Program-made: the position numbers and the translations under genes
Notes under the pieces: generated by a model
The model's input: only the letters and a program-made list of their open reading frames with translations
What the model was told of the DNA's origin: nothing
The model's database searches: none
Part shown: one piece after another, positions 35,772-50,400 of the stretch
Numbering within the stretch: position 1 is the first letter of the stretch
How the letters are laid out: each line of letters opens with the position of its first letter
NCBI GenBank assembly: GCA_051294375.1
Contig: CM119265.1
Location: 6,767,489 to 6,831,488, forward strand
Origin: Paraspadella gotoi
Lineage: Eukaryota; Animalia; Chaetognatha
DNA: 64,000 bases
Direction of reading: 5' to 3'

Positions 35772-37390
35772 ATGGGATTGTGTAAGTGCTCTAAGCGTAA
35801 AGTTACAAACTTATTTTGTTTTGAGCACAAAGTAAATGTTTGCGAAGATTGTATCGTTACGAAACATGTCAGATGCGTCGTGAAGTGAGTAACCGTTAAT
35901 ATAACCGTTTGAATTTTGAATTTTTATCTTGCCCGTCTTGGCGATATAATTAGCAGTAGCCGACCAAATTCAAATTTTAATGGGAACAGCATTAAACTAA
36001 TCCATTATTGGTATTAATTATTGTGTTAAAATATTTTTTTGCAAAAATGTTCCGAACCATGAGTAATTCGCTAATTAATATTATTATATCGCTATATAAT
36101 GTCAAAAATTTTTTTGGGATATTTTAAGTTTTTTTAATTGATTCTAATAGAGCTTAAAAAGTTAAGCAAAAAATATAATTAGAACTTTTTAAAATTTTGA
36201 TGTTTTATTACTAAAAATTAGTAAAAACTGCTAAAATCATCGGATGATGATGCTGATTTTTTAAGGTTTTTCTCAATTTTAACCCACTTATCATCAAAAT
36301 ATTGAAAAAATAATTATACTTTGTGTAGATAACTTTTCATAAGCTATTTGAATCTGCTTTTAAAAATAAAAAATTCCAAAAAAATTTTTTGACATTTCCT
36401 ATCTATAAATAAATATTAAAAAATTAATTACTAATGCTTCTTGCCATTTTAGAAAATTTTGCTCCATTGAAAGTTTTCTCAGAAATGTATGAAGTTTCAT
36501 TTGGAAAGGTTCCCAAATCAAACTTCTGACCCACCCCATTGACGAAGTTTGGCTCTAATATAATCATTTAGAATGGCTTGTTTGTGCAGTTGTCGTTATT
36601 ATATTTTTTTTTTTTTACAATTGGAAAATATAAAAGTGTATAACCCAAAAAAAGTTAACAATTTAGATAGCTTCTCAATATCAAGATCTTTTAAAATCAC
36701 ATGGTTTATATCGATTCAAGTATTTTTTGTTTAAATTTTATTATCGTCGCAAACGCTAAGCGATATTGTAACGCTTTTGCGCATAAGTGGCGTCGTTGTC
36801 GTCAGCGTTCCAAATTATATATTGCCTTTTTTATGATTACTTTTTGGGTGTATGAAGCTGAAAATTTATATACAGCTTCTCATCATCGATGTGCTTAAAA
36901 TTGAGTCTGGACAGTTATTAAATATGTTTTGTTTACGTTTTATCAAAACAAACAAATTTTCTCTCTTTTATTTTCATATTTCTTTCTCTCTCTTTTCTCT
37001 TTTAATTATAGTCTCTCTCCGTCTCTCTTTTCCCTAGTCACTGATTCATAATCATAGGAAAAAAAACGAGCCTGCAGCTGGCTCTGCAGGGGCTTATTCT
37101 TTTTCTCTCTTTTTTCCTGCTGCTTCTGCTGCTGCCTTTTGAGTCTGCAGCTGGCCCTGAAGGGGCTCTTTCTTTTTCTCTCTTTTCTCCTGCTGCTTCT
37201 GCTGCTGCCTTTTGATTTCTTTTTTCTCTCTCTCTCTGCGTTTTTATTAAAAAAAAATTGAATTAGGATTGAACTCGTAAAATTAGGCATCGCATTCGTT
37301 CATGATATCATTTTGCTATCGCAACATCGGGTTTTTATTCCATTTTTTTTTTAGGGACTGCGTCTGCTGATTAGAGTTATTTTGACAATG

Positions 37391-37429
<39 letters not shown>

Positions 37430-40400
37430 ACAATCACAAAATAAATTTTTTTTATTATAAATTAATTTTTTTTTCTCAATTTTTTTTTTCTCAAGGGCTG
37501 CGTCTGTGATCAGTTTATTTGACAATGATAATTTTTTTTTTTTTTTCAGAAACTAACTTTAATTTTCCTCGGTACTTTATTTTTTTTTAATTGATAATCG
37601 CAAAATATAATTTTTTTTGTTCATAATTTCATTTTCTTTTTCAAATTAGTTTTTTAGTTTTCATTAAATTGTGTACGTCAATCCAGATTTTTCTTATGCG
37701 ATTGCAACGCTCCTTATGCTTTTAAGATTTTTTTTTATTATGATTTACTGTATTATGCAAATTAGAATATAGCATTATATTTGATTATCATCGCATCAAT
37801 CAATTACTATTATATCAATCAATTATATTATATCAATTTATTATTATTAATTATCTATTATTAATATTATATCAATCAATCAATTACTATTACATCAATC
37901 AATTACTATTACATCAATCAATTACTATTATATTAATAATTCGTTATCGCATCAATCATTCAATTTTTTTTCTGGATATTTTCTTTATTTTTTTTTATAT
38001 TGTCTGGCGAGATCACTATACTTTTATGATTTTTTTTAGAATCTTTCGGCATTAAGTGTTACATAAACAATAGAATTAAGCCAGTGAATGATTCAGTAGT
38101 GCTGTTTGCTTTTACAGCTCTTGTTTAATAAAATTTTCTAAAATTACGTATAATTAGGAAGATTTCCACTCCGCAACATTATTTTGCTGTTTAGGTCCTA
38201 TCTTCAGTGGCTTCAGGATTCTGATTTTGATCCTCTCTGCTGCATATGTGAAGATTCTCTCGAAACTGGCGATGTTGTGCGATTACTTTGTTACGGTCAG
38301 AGAGCGAAACTTACAATTTGCATCATGATTGTTTACGGATTCTCCCCTCGAATGTCGAAATTTCGAATTTTTAGATGTTTTGCACGTCTCATGCGCGGAG
38401 AAGTTTCTGTTAGCATACCCGGCCCACACTGCTCCGGACGGCTTCTTCTGCCCGGCATGTCACGCCCCGTTTATGCCTCAAGACAATGCTGCCTCGCCCG
38501 TTGCTGACGCCCTCAAGGAGAAGCTCGGCAGTATGGCAGATCTTCAAAAGAGGTAAGGCATAATTGTAGTATTTTTTTTTCTTTGTTTTTTTTCGTTCTA
38601 CGCGTGACGCAGGTTAAGCGGATTATCGCCTTCGATGCATTCCGCCTTCACTTGCCCACCCACTGCGCCGCGTCCCGACCCCGAAGGAAAAGAAGTGACG
38701 AGCCGCAACATTCCATACATCCAAGGTTTCGATTTTAATTTTAAAAAAAGTCATGCTAAGCTTATATATATAAATATATAGAATAATTTTGATTTTTGTT
38801 TCCGTCGTCGTTTTCCCGCCTTTGCAATATGTAGGTACTCGCGAAGACGTGACCGAGCAGTCCTATTCCGAAACCATTCACGATTCCCCTTCCAAACCTA
38901 CCTCTTCCAACAATAAATATATATCGGGTGCAGTTTTAAATTCTTGCGATTAAATAACGTTCAGATCTCTTAAAATGGTGTTTCTGTAATATTAATTAGC
39001 AGACGACGCTGAATCAGTGAGCAGTGCTTCTGACTTTATTGCTACTCACTCTTTGTCGCAACGCGTCGAAGTACCAACGGGTCGCGCGTCGCCATCCTCT
39101 GACGCCGTCGTCAATATTATGGAAGGGGCTGACAACTCCTTTTCAAACATGTAACATTGTCATTATACTATTTTCCGAATTGTTTTATTTTATTTATAAT
39201 TGTATTGCTTTCAAATTTTAATCTAAAAGTTTATCTGTTTATTTTTTTTAAATGATTTTTTAAAATTTCGAGAATAGCAAACTTTTTATATAAATTTTTA
39301 AGGCAACAAAAAATTAATTGAACGAAAATGAACAATGTTTAATATCCAATTAATGCCCAAAATACTAAAACAAAATGTTTTTATTTTTCATAGGCGAAAA
39401 GAAGAACAATTTGCCGTGAATATGGACGGGGGATTAAGATCGACAATTGTACCTCCCTCACCCCTAACTCAGACCTCGACCGTTACTTTTGCTGAAGAAA
39501 ATCAATCTGCCACTGAACCCTTTCAATCTCAAGTGCGTACAGAAGGCTTCCTATTATAAAATGTAGTACCCCTTTTTTGAGACCAGAATCTGTTCCCACC
39601 AAACTACCCAATCGAATTTAATGAAATTTTACATTTAGAGTGCTAATGACTATATAAATGGAACTATCGAGGCGAATTTTGATATTCAACCCCTGACAAG
39701 AGATACAGGGCCCTGGGGGTGGACCCCTGGGGGGCCAAAAAATGCTAAAATTTTTTTTTTATTTTTCGAATTTTTTTAGTAGCATCAGGTGCATTGACGT
39801 TTTAAACATAAGAAAAAAATATTTTAGAACTAAAATTGATAAATTTGCAATAATTAAGCATGGTTGAAGATGCATGGTTCATCGTTTTACTTCCAATTTT
39901 CCCAAATTATTCCAAATCTGACTTTAACTGCTGATGTTCATGAAGCTAAAAATTAAGGTAAATGAATATTTTTGAGGTAATAAATATGTTTTTGTGGAAG
40001 AGTAAACGTCTGTGCAACTGTTTAAAAAAATAATAAAAAAATTTGAAAAAAATTTTTGACCATTTGTGGCCCTCAGGGGCTGCCCCCTCAGGGCTCTTAT
40101 CTCAGCTTAGGGGTGGAATGTAAAAATTCGCCTCGATAGTTCCATTTGTATCACTACTGGTACTCCGCATGCAAAATTTCATTAAATTCTATTCAGTAGT
40201 TTTCTCGGAACGTGTTCTGGTCACAAAAAAGGGGTACCACATTTTATAATATGAAGCCTTTTGTAATCATTTGTTTTTTTGAAAATATAATTTATAGTCG
40301 AGGTTTCTTACTAGCCTAACTTTTACATTTAGGGTTATTATTCAAAAGAGCCTCCCCGATCATCGCCTCAGTTACCTTACGCAGGTAGGCTTAAACTTAA

Positions 40401-41134
40401 AAAATCAATTTCTTTTTAAAAATCTTCAATAGTTCTTTTTTAAATACAAATGTCCATCAGAAAAAAAGTTTGACTTGTGGGATTTCAGTCAATTACCTCC
40501 AAAGAATGTTACCAGATCGTATGGTAAGATATTTTATAAAACCATTTTTTTTAAATGATTTAAAAATTAAAATCAGTTTTATTTTTTATTGAAGATTTCA
40601 AATTTTGTGCATTCATTTTTTGATTTGTCCATCTGAATTTTCCTGGGAAATACGAAAAATAATAGATCTATAAACTTACATTCTCTTATTAAACTAAGCT
40701 AAATAGTTTTTTTTTTTTTTTTTCAGATTCTAAGTACGGTGCTAGCTCTCGATTGACAAGTAATTCTCGTGTGGACCCTAAACCTCATACTCTCGGTTGC
40801 AATGATGATCACGATGAGCACAAATATAGAAGGAAACCATTGATGGAAATGGTGAAAACATGGCTGAAGTAAGCTCCTAGAAAGTGGCCTAAAAAGTGTT
40901 TTTAAAATTTTTACATTATTACGACGTATTGTTAACAGAATATTTTCTCCTCCACGGAGTCGACGTCCTCATTCTTCGTTTTGGGGTCGCTACGTGATAA
41001 TTACGATGATTGGACTCATGTCGCTCATATTCTTAGTGCTACTATTTCATCGATTGGGTCGAACGAATGATGATGAGGATGATCCTCTGTTAGACCTAAA
41101 AGCGAACCCTTTCGTCAAGTTCGATCATCATTGA
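35772..41134 (+). CDS. ZFPL1: Zinc finger protein-like 1 (cis-Golgi tail-anchored protein), about 11 exons
   Basis: [83 protein letters not shown], a hydrophobic TM segment (~40993-41050) and [15 protein letters not shown] match the ZFPL1 architecture. Middle low-complexity exons are approximate. Confidence 0.92.
36098..36396. mobile_element. AT-rich MITE-like repeat
   Basis: Inverted ends AATGTCAAAAATTTTTTTGG / CCAAAAAAATTTTTGACATT. Internal blocks (CCCACTTATCATC, TATACTTTGTGTAGA) recur at ~5020-5290, and related sequence occurs at ~12440-12680. Confidence 0.6.
36740..37730 (+). mobile_element. Family G copy
   Basis: Colinear with 27859-28685 over most of its length. Confidence 0.75.
37795..37935. 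repeat. Degenerate ATCAATCAATTACTATT minisatellite
   Basis: Tandem ~19-bp units, directly visible. Confidence 0.8.
39540..40263. mobile_element. MITE family F copy 2
   Basis: Same TIRs and internal sequence as 34714-35430, with TA TSD. Confidence 0.9.
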
Positions 41135-41409
41135 TGGCTGTTATTTAATTCTAGTCACTGGTGATAAGTATACAAGAAAAATCTTTTTTACAAAATTTTT
41201 TGTCTTAATGGTACTATAAATTTCTTTACGTAATTCAAAATTTCAATAATTTAAACTAGTGTTTACGTCGCAGCTAGCTAAATTCGTAACCAACTGACTT
41301 GAGCTGAACCGTGCTTAAAAAATCGCAACAACGTTAAATCTTCTGCTGCCTCAAGAACAAGTTAACAAGCAGTACAGTAAAATTAGTTGAAGAACCGATC
41401 CAAGACCCA

Positions 41410-44400
41410 CTATAGCATCGAATCCAAGTACATCTCTGTTACTAAAATTCGTCCGGTGGCGAGGGTTTGTGTCTCTGCGTCCCGCCTCATTCTCCCGTCG
41501 GGCCCACGGAATTCGGTGGTCAAATCGTGGCGTACTTGCAGCAAAAACTCCAAGTCCTTTTGTCTCTCCTCGTCCACCAACGCTGAGGCACGCATCGATA
41601 GCGTCACGTCGGCCCGACTTTGGTACAGTTGTTCCTCCTTCGGGGATATAGGGGGCATTCGTGGGTCTCTGCCCAACGGAGAAACCCCGTCTTGCAAGCG
41701 GAGTCTGTGGAGCAAAATCCCGGGGGCCGCTTCTAGTCTAGCCGGGTGTTGTTCCGCTCCTTTGTTTGGAGATTCCGGTTTCAATAGCGACGTGGAAGAA
41801 TCGTTGGCATCGGTATTCGTCAATTGCCTGTAGATTTTATCAAACGTTGATTCTTTCTCCTGCTTTTGGGGCTCGCTCAGCTGACTATCATGTAATTTCC
41901 TAGAGTTGTCCTGAGACGGCGAGCTTAAGGTAACTTTCCCGGATTTTGTATTGTAAGATCCCGATTCCACAACCTCTTCCAGGACGCTAAGACAGCTCAG
42001 CGGTGAAGCCGAACTTGACAGAATCTTTTGAGAATCTTCCTTTCCGGAATCAGATAAACTTTCGGACATTGATACCTTTGGAATGACGGGGGATTTGGTG
42101 TGAGCCTTTCCCGTGAGGCTGTCGATGAAGTATTGACCACCCTGAGTTGAAGTGGTAAGATTAGGACTTGAGACGCTCGTCAGCTGGTCAGAAATTGATT
42201 CCGTTTCCCCGACTACGTTTGTGTCAGATAAACTCAAATTGGTTGGGCGGTGATTCGTTGTTTGTTGCTTCAAATCATCCGAAACCTTGACGATACTCTG
42301 GTCGCTGGTTTTGTAACCAAGCGGTATCATCTCTTCTGTTATATCTTCCAAATCGATATCAGCTGGCCCACAAAGGAGAGACGTCGCTTTCCACTTAGCG
42401 AATTTGTTTCTGGCCTCTGGTTCAGGATCCAACGACGCGTCAACGTCCAGAATATCGCCCAGTGCCAGAAATTCTCTTAAGTCCTCAGTGTCAATGCCCG
42501 TACACTTCACAAAGACTTCCCGGTCAAATGACGCGTGGTCATTACGGCCCCGCAGTACTAATAGTCCTCCGTCCGTTCGTATACGTATCACTGTACCCTG
42601 TGCTCCCTTCAAATAGGTCTCGTCGGATTTCCCTGCTGCCGACGCAGAAGCTTCGACGGCGTCCATTGACGTCGTAGATGGTCTCTCTGATCCTGAGGAA
42701 GACATACCGCCAAGTGAAGAAGATGCCGAGGTGCGTTTGCGAATAGCGCCGGTGCGAATGACCCGTGAAGCTAGCCACTTTTGGCCGAGTTCTGTTTGCG
42801 TCAAGGCGGCGTCGACATTGACCACGTCATTAATTCTAAACACCTTGCTCATGTCGGATATGTCGAATCCTGTTTGGAGAGAGTAAGCGTCCAAATCGAA
42901 GAAGACTCGTTTTCCAGAATCTGTTGTGATCACGGCAGTGTCGGCGAGGATGTAAGAGATGTAACTGGGTTCATGAGAGATAGTACACAATATCGTGTTC
43001 AGAACAATTAAATTAAAGGTATTTTGTCGACAATAAAAACCTACCCCGGTTCTTTCTCCAGCGAGGCCGGCCTAACTTCTGCAGCTGTAATATTTTCCAT
43101 GTCCTCTTTTAGACAAACTGCTCCGTCTGAAAAAATGTGGAAAGACTCTGGATGTCGTTGAAGGAATTCGATGAACTGGAACACTCCCGTTCCGATGATA
43201 GATTTAATGACGAGGTCCGCGTGGTTCTGTAAAATATTCAGCAATATTCATTTTTGCATTTTTTTATTGACTCATGATTTTAAAACAGATTTAATAATGC
43301 TAAGGTATCTTTCGTACCCGATTAAGTCAGCTTATTGCGAAGTACCTCATAATAATTTAATACATATTCCCCGATCTAATATTTCAGGAAGAGGTCCTTT
43401 TACACAATTGAAACATTCTTTGAAATATTATATCATTTCATTGATTGGGAAGCCTCGTATTCTGGGAGTGAATTAACCAGACTGTGAGAGTTTTGATTGA
43501 AACTGAGAGCTTGCAGCGTTCTGCATGTCCAAAGTCAGGGGCAAGAAAGCTTATTTATATTAAATGAATTGATAATTCATATTACCAATTCATTAATTTA
43601 AATTCAGTTATAAATTACCAGCAAATACTGCAGGGTTCAGATTTAAGACTTACCCCCATCGGAAAAATTACTATTTCCCAAAATAATTTGTACTTTATGA
43701 TATATCTGAAAATTTTAGTTTTATCAATTATTTGATTGGTCATTTTACTTCATGTTTAGCTTATGCCAGCTACTCGTGCTGCAGTATTAATTAGTTTATA
43801 CTGTAAAAATTTATAGTAATAATTTTTTAATTATTATTTGGTTCTTAGAATAACGTCAGGTCTCCAATTTTATCATTTGAGAAATCTAAAAACAGTACTC
43901 TCTCAATACCACTATAAAGAAATTCATAAGGTTGATCAATGATCATTGTAACTTTTGCAGGAGTGCAAATATTTATGTAATTGATTTTTAATTAATTCGG
44001 CGTGGAGCAAACATAAAATATTTTTCGACATAGCAAAACTAAGTACAATCCAAAAGATAGGAAAAATCCTTAACGATTCTTCTGCGATAAAAAATATTTT
44101 GGAAAACAAGATTCAATTCCGAACCCTGTCAATTTGTAAAATATTTTGCTAACTTTTAGAAGAAAATATAAATTAATACAGCATAGTTTATCTTTTTTTT
44201 TCCTTACTTAAAACCTACTTTGTATACGTCTAGTAGCCGTTCTATTGGAATTTTTCCCATGCGGTAAAGACGAGAGGCTATATATTCCACAGCTTGTTCC
44301 ATGAGAGGGTCGCCCCCACCTTCATCGAGAAACTCTCCCTCTCCCAACTCTTCTTCTGAGGTCAAAACATTTAGTGGACGTCGGAAGCTCTGAAAATACC

Positions 44401-47400
44401 GATTGCAAATTCAGGGCTGTTTAATATTAGTTATTTAGTCTTAATGACACTCACCTCTTCTAAATTTAAGCAGTCTGTTGATGTTGACACGTCATCGTGA
44501 AGATCGGAACTGAATGTGAATGTTGCAGATGAGAATTGTTGCATTTATTAAGCAAAGATTTAGCGAAATAAAGTATCGCAACCGCAAAAAAGAGAATCGA
44601 AAAATTTATACCGATACCATCGTAAAACTGATATTGTCTAATAAATGTTGGACTTATAGCGGAGCAAATTTATATCACTTACGTTTCCTTCTGCTCATTC
44701 TCCATTTCCTGCTTTCTTTCTTCCATACTTGCACCGTCGACAAATTCCTCTTCTTCGTCGGAAAGCATTTCGCAAGCCAGATTATCGTATGCAAAGCGTT
44801 GTTTATCGCCGAACCCTCTGACGATCGACCCTAAAGAGTCTTGCAATTGTTCTTTCTTTAGTTGGTCTTCGCTTCTCCCGTTTTTGCTTGCCTCAGTGTT
44901 GGCAGCGACCGCGTCGGCCGGACGCTTTTTTCTCGAACTCTTGAAATTCCCCGTCGTTGCTCCTGGTCTACGTAACCGTCTTTTAACGAATCGTCTCCTT
45001 TCTGGATCCAACAGTTCCAAGTCTGCTGTGGCCTCGCCGGCGCCCGCGCCGTACGAGCCGAAAGACTTGGAGGATTCGATTCGGGTTCGAACGGGCGTTG
45101 GGGCGTTTTTTCCGCACGTCAAACATGTGAAGTCAGGACTTAGCGACTCAGCTCCGGCAAAGGCCACGCAAGCGTGATACGGTTGATGACTGAAGGCGTT
45201 AACCGGCACGTTCTTGTAAACTGGACTTAACGAGAGTGGGTGCCACGTACTACGTTTATTAGGGTCACTTGAAGTGGCACCGCTGGAGGGCGTTTGGTGT
45301 GACGCGGCTTGACTCGGAGTCGTCCTAGAATACGGATAGCCGGAGGAAGAGCTGAAGCGTGAACGACGACTCAGAACCAGCAGAGAATCCCGCGAAAGTG
45401 GACAAGGACGCTCGAAGGAGGTTGTTGGAGTCGGCTTACCATAATTCAAAATCAATTTTTTTAGCAGTGTTTTATACCCAGATTTATATTAATGGGTTTA
45501 ATTAAGATTTTTCTCCCTATAAATGACCCTCCCATTTGAAAGATGTATGAAAGACATAAAATATTGTGATAGAGCAATTACTGAATCCCCATAGTTTTTA
45601 TTGGACCACCTTTTATTCTGACATGATAAATCGTTTAAGCCAAGCAGAAAATAATTTACTACGACGATCGTATATCCCCAGCTTTGATTTTTTTTTCTTT
45701 ACGTCGGCACACAAAAATAATGGTGAGCTTAGAAAATTTGAACCTGAGTGGTTTGTGTGTTGAATCGATCGTCAGCAGCGCAACCACGAGTCGAAGGCTG
45801 AATTTTGAGAATGAAAAAGAGGTTGCGAGAAGGTAAATTTTTCTTTCTATTCGTGCTATCTCTAGCGCGAATGATCGTTATCGAAATTGGTTAATTCCCT
45901 GGGAACATGAGCTGCTCATAAAGGGGAGAAATTTGTTGTCGGCGGTGCGAACCCGCCTCCTGCTTATTTTACCACAGTGTTGACGTTCCCATGTCGGCAA
46001 TGATCGCTTTTCACTCTGACGTCCTTGTTGGCGTCCCGCGCTTCTCGTCGGCGCCATCCAAAGTCTCTGGGAAGTGAAGAATTTGAAGTACTTCTTCCTG
46101 GCAGGCGATGCTCTCTTCCCAGGATCGCTGAAGGTGGCGGCCGCCTCGCTCGTTGGCGCGAAATTCTTTCCCGATGTTTTTTTTTCGTGGATCGCTCTCC
46201 ATCGGAATAAGAGCTTTCTTCCCCCTTCCCTTCCCCTACGTTGGACTCCCCTTCTGTGGATTGCCAATGAGCGCTAAGGCGCGATTTCGTTGAGTACGAA
46301 GAGAGAGAAGGGTTTTCGCAAGAGATGGCTGTTGCCGAAATAACAAAAAATTCATCGCCCGGTATAAGACCTGTTAGGAAAGAATTCTCAATTCGTTTTC
46401 TTTGTGGGGACCGGTGGTGGTTCCTACAGAATATGAAAATTTGGATTAAATATTATTAAATATGATAAATATGATTTTTCGCAAAAAAAAGGATACAAAA
46501 CAAGTCAAGAGTCAAACCTCTGGCTTTTTTATTATCTCCCACTTGTCAAAATAAAACCTTTTCCGTTCTGTCCAATTTGATATCCTCATAAATTGTTTCG
46601 TGTCAAAGAATTCTGAGCGGTATTTCAGGTCGATCCTTTGACTCGACCCTCATCAATAATGACAATATCGCATTTCGCGCGAAAATACTCGAGCAAAATT
46701 TTTTCCAACTTTATTAACGGTTCTAAGTTAATTTTATTCTGGTCAATTTTCCATAACGATACGTGTTTTTATACTCATAAAAAAAAAAAAATCACTGCAG
46801 GTTTCTAAACTCCTGATGGTTGCTGATCAATTTATACCGACTCCATCATGCTTGCCTGCAGGTACTCAGTAATCGCCCATTTTAACCACTTTTATTTTGA
46901 GCTTGAAGTGACGGCTAGGAGAGCGAGTCGCCATCCCCATCTGACAGTTTATAGTTGCAACACTTAGTGTGTCCAGTGGGCCTGGAATATTTTCCGTGTG
47001 TTGCTTTGCTTTCCGGAACTTCAGATCCGACGTTAGACTTACTAGTCGCCATCGGTGGTTCAATCAGCCTGTCAAAAAGGACCACTCCGACATAGGCTGA
47101 CACTCAAGTCAAGATAATGCAATATCACGATTCTGATGGAACAACACTATACAGAAGGCTTCATATTATAAAATGAGGTGGTCGTTTTTTGTGACCAGAA
47201 TTTGTTCCCACCAAACTAACTGATTGAAATTCATGAAATTTTACATATGCAGGGGTTGTACCCTATATCGAGACAAAACAATTAAAAGCTAAGAGAGTAC
47301 GAATATTTTTTCAGATTTTAAAAATCATTAAGAGCTCTAGAGTAATGATTATTTAAATTTTGACTCGATTCAGGGTCCCAACCCTGTAGTCCTAATGACG

Positions 47401-50400
47401 ATATAAATGGAACTATCGAGGCGAATTTTGATATTCAACCCCTGGGCTGAAATTGTTTGTAGCATCAGGTGCATTGACGTCTTGAACATATAAAAAACAT
47501 TTTAGAACTGATATTGATAAATTTTTAATAATTAAGCATTGTTTGAAGTTGTATGGTTCATCGTTTTACTTCTTTTTTTTACTAATTAATCCAAATCTGA
47601 CTTGAATCACTGCTGTTCATGAAGCTTAAAATTAAGATAAATTAATATTTTTGTGGTAATAAATACTTTTTTTTAAAACAAAAATAATTTTATAAATTTT
47701 TACAAAATTATGACCATTTTTTGCCCTTATGGTTCTATATGTATTCACATCGGGATCGTTCATACCAAATTTCAATGAATTTGGTCCAGTAGTTTATGCG
47801 AAACAGATTCTGGTCACAAAAAACCACTACCTAATTTTAAAATGTGAAGCCTTCTGTACATTTCGTCCCCAGGGGGTCTTGGACATTTTTCCGTTAGTTT
47901 CCGGAACTTCGGATCGACTCGCTAACAATTGACCGTACCAACCAACGGACTAATGCATTATGGTGATGGACGAAACTGGCCTATTTATTTGTGGGTAAAA
48001 TAGAATATTCACCGTTTAGGATCTTCCCAGTTGATTTTTTTTCTGCTTCTTATAAGCAAGTTTTTCAAATATTACCCCAACCCCCCTTAACCATAACCAG
48101 TAACCACCCCTAACCTTAATTACCCATAACCACCCTTAATCCTAACCACCTTAACCCTAACTAACCCTATCAAACTACAGTAATGATATATATGAATAGA
48201 AAAAAAAACGACCGGCTGGGTTCCGGTCGGCGAAAGTAGAATTATGCCTATTTGTGTGGCAACGATCTGGTTTTATGTTTGTGAATATGGAGGTGTCTAA
48301 GCCATCAACCACTAAACGGTGTAGCAGTTTTTTTAACCGGCGGACTTTGTTCGTTTCTGCTTTTAAAACCTTTTTGGGCCGTACCTGGCTTCAGGACATG
48401 TGGCAAGTCCTCGGGGTCTGTTTGCGTGGAAGTCGAAGTGACACTTCGTCTTTTGACAAGGTCTCCGGTATTTGGGTCGTTCGTCAATTTCCGGTGACGA
48501 GACTTTCCTGCTTACAAAAGACTCATCGTTGTTATCGAACAGAGTCAAGAACCTAATCTGATTGACCTTTTGTCCGTTCCAAAAGAACGAAGACGATTTT
48601 TTTTTCGCTTTCGATCTGCGATTCTTCCTCGAGAGCGATTTCTTTTGAATAAGCAACTGCACCGTAAGATATGTCGCTTGAATTGTTTACGAGATTCCGC
48701 CTGTGGAGAAATCTTCAATTATTTGAGTCGTTTGGTTGCTTTTCGGTTTTGGAGTCGTACTCTACTATTGTTGCATTGTCGGCTGTAACCAAAGATCCGC
48801 TCTCTTCATATGGACCCGGGATAACGTCCGTTGCCTGGCTCGAGGGCAGGAGAAACTAATTATTTTTTCATATTATTTTTCAATTGTTTTTTTTTCGCAC
48901 CTTAAAACAGCACCAAATTCGGAAGCATCTCCCAAAATCTAATTTTCGAGATGATAGTTGATGGAAAAGGTTCATTTTTACGTTTTAATTATTTGAGATT
49001 ATAAGTAGTATAAGCAGCCATCTTTTGAAATTTTGTAAAAATCCTAGATCAAGTTTTGACGAGTTTTTTTTTCGCATGACTGGGGTGATGTCTATAAATT
49101 TTCGAAGCAATTTTTCGTTCAAAATGCAAGACAACAAGTTGAAAAAAGGTTTTTTTTCTTTTGAAATGGACCGGGTGAAAATCGCGGTCGAAGAGGAGAT
49201 CACGTTCGAACTCTGAGCCGACGCCGCCGCCGCCCTCGCGGCCTCCGTGGCCGCCGCCTAATTGTTACAAATGGCTCGCGTCATCGCGATTACTCGGTTT
49301 CACCGGGTCGCGAGAAAGGAGGGAGAGGGAGAAGCATATGGTTAAAGGGAAATTAAAGGGTTTAAAAGTTTCTAAGTTCCAGATATTAATTAAAGTTTTG
49401 GTAAATATATTTTACCGTATTTTTTTTATTTTTTAACAAATTTCTGAAATCATGGGGTTGGTTTTTAAATATTTGCAAGCGTAATATCTGTCGACCATCC
49501 AAGGTAACTTTATCACATTGGATTGAAAAATTAACGGTAACCGCCACAATTCAAGGAATTAATGACTAAATAAAAATCGACCCAAAAAAAAAAAACATCA
49601 ATCCAATTGTAACAGTTGGCGGAAAATGGACGCGCGTGCGAAGAAAGGAGCGAGCAAATTCTTTTTATTTCTAATTTTATTAATTTAACGATCCGATGCG
49701 AATCTCGAAATTGAAAATATTTCTCTTGAAGATGGTATCGGTACTCATAATTCGTAATTTATAAGACAATATTGTTTAAAAATAAATTAATAATACAATT
49801 AATTATAAAAGCACTGGCACAAGCCGAACGTACTTACCATTCCGTTGAAACGTCCTCGGTTTTTTCCTCTTTTTGATTTTCGTTATTGAATTGGATGTGT
49901 TTGTTTTGGAGTCGTTTCTTTCGATCATCTTCGACTTTTTCTTCTCCACCACTATCATTATTCACACTCCCGCAACCATTATGTTCACCACAATGTTCGT
50001 TTTTCACCATCGAAGCGAATTCATTCTGTGATAAAATTAAAGTTAAAGAAAACTGAAGCGAGTTTTTCAAGAGGATCTTTTAGTCGAATGTTTACGAATT
50101 CTCTCATTCTCCCCCCCACCACTTTTTTTTGTGACACGGCTGCTACGAAAAGGTGATGCAGTGAAACAGAAAAAAATGATTTTCAAATAATTCTTTAAAA
50201 CCCCAGAAAATAAATATTATTACTTCAAATAAAAAATATCGGAAAAAAAATTATATATATCTACCATTTTTGGTATTTAGTTTTGTTTTTATTTTGAATA
50301 AAGTTAGTTATTATCGACGATATTGTATCGCTTTTGCCCATAAGTGGCGTCGTCGTCGTTGTTGTTGTCGTCGGCGTTCCAAATTATAGATCGCCTTTTT

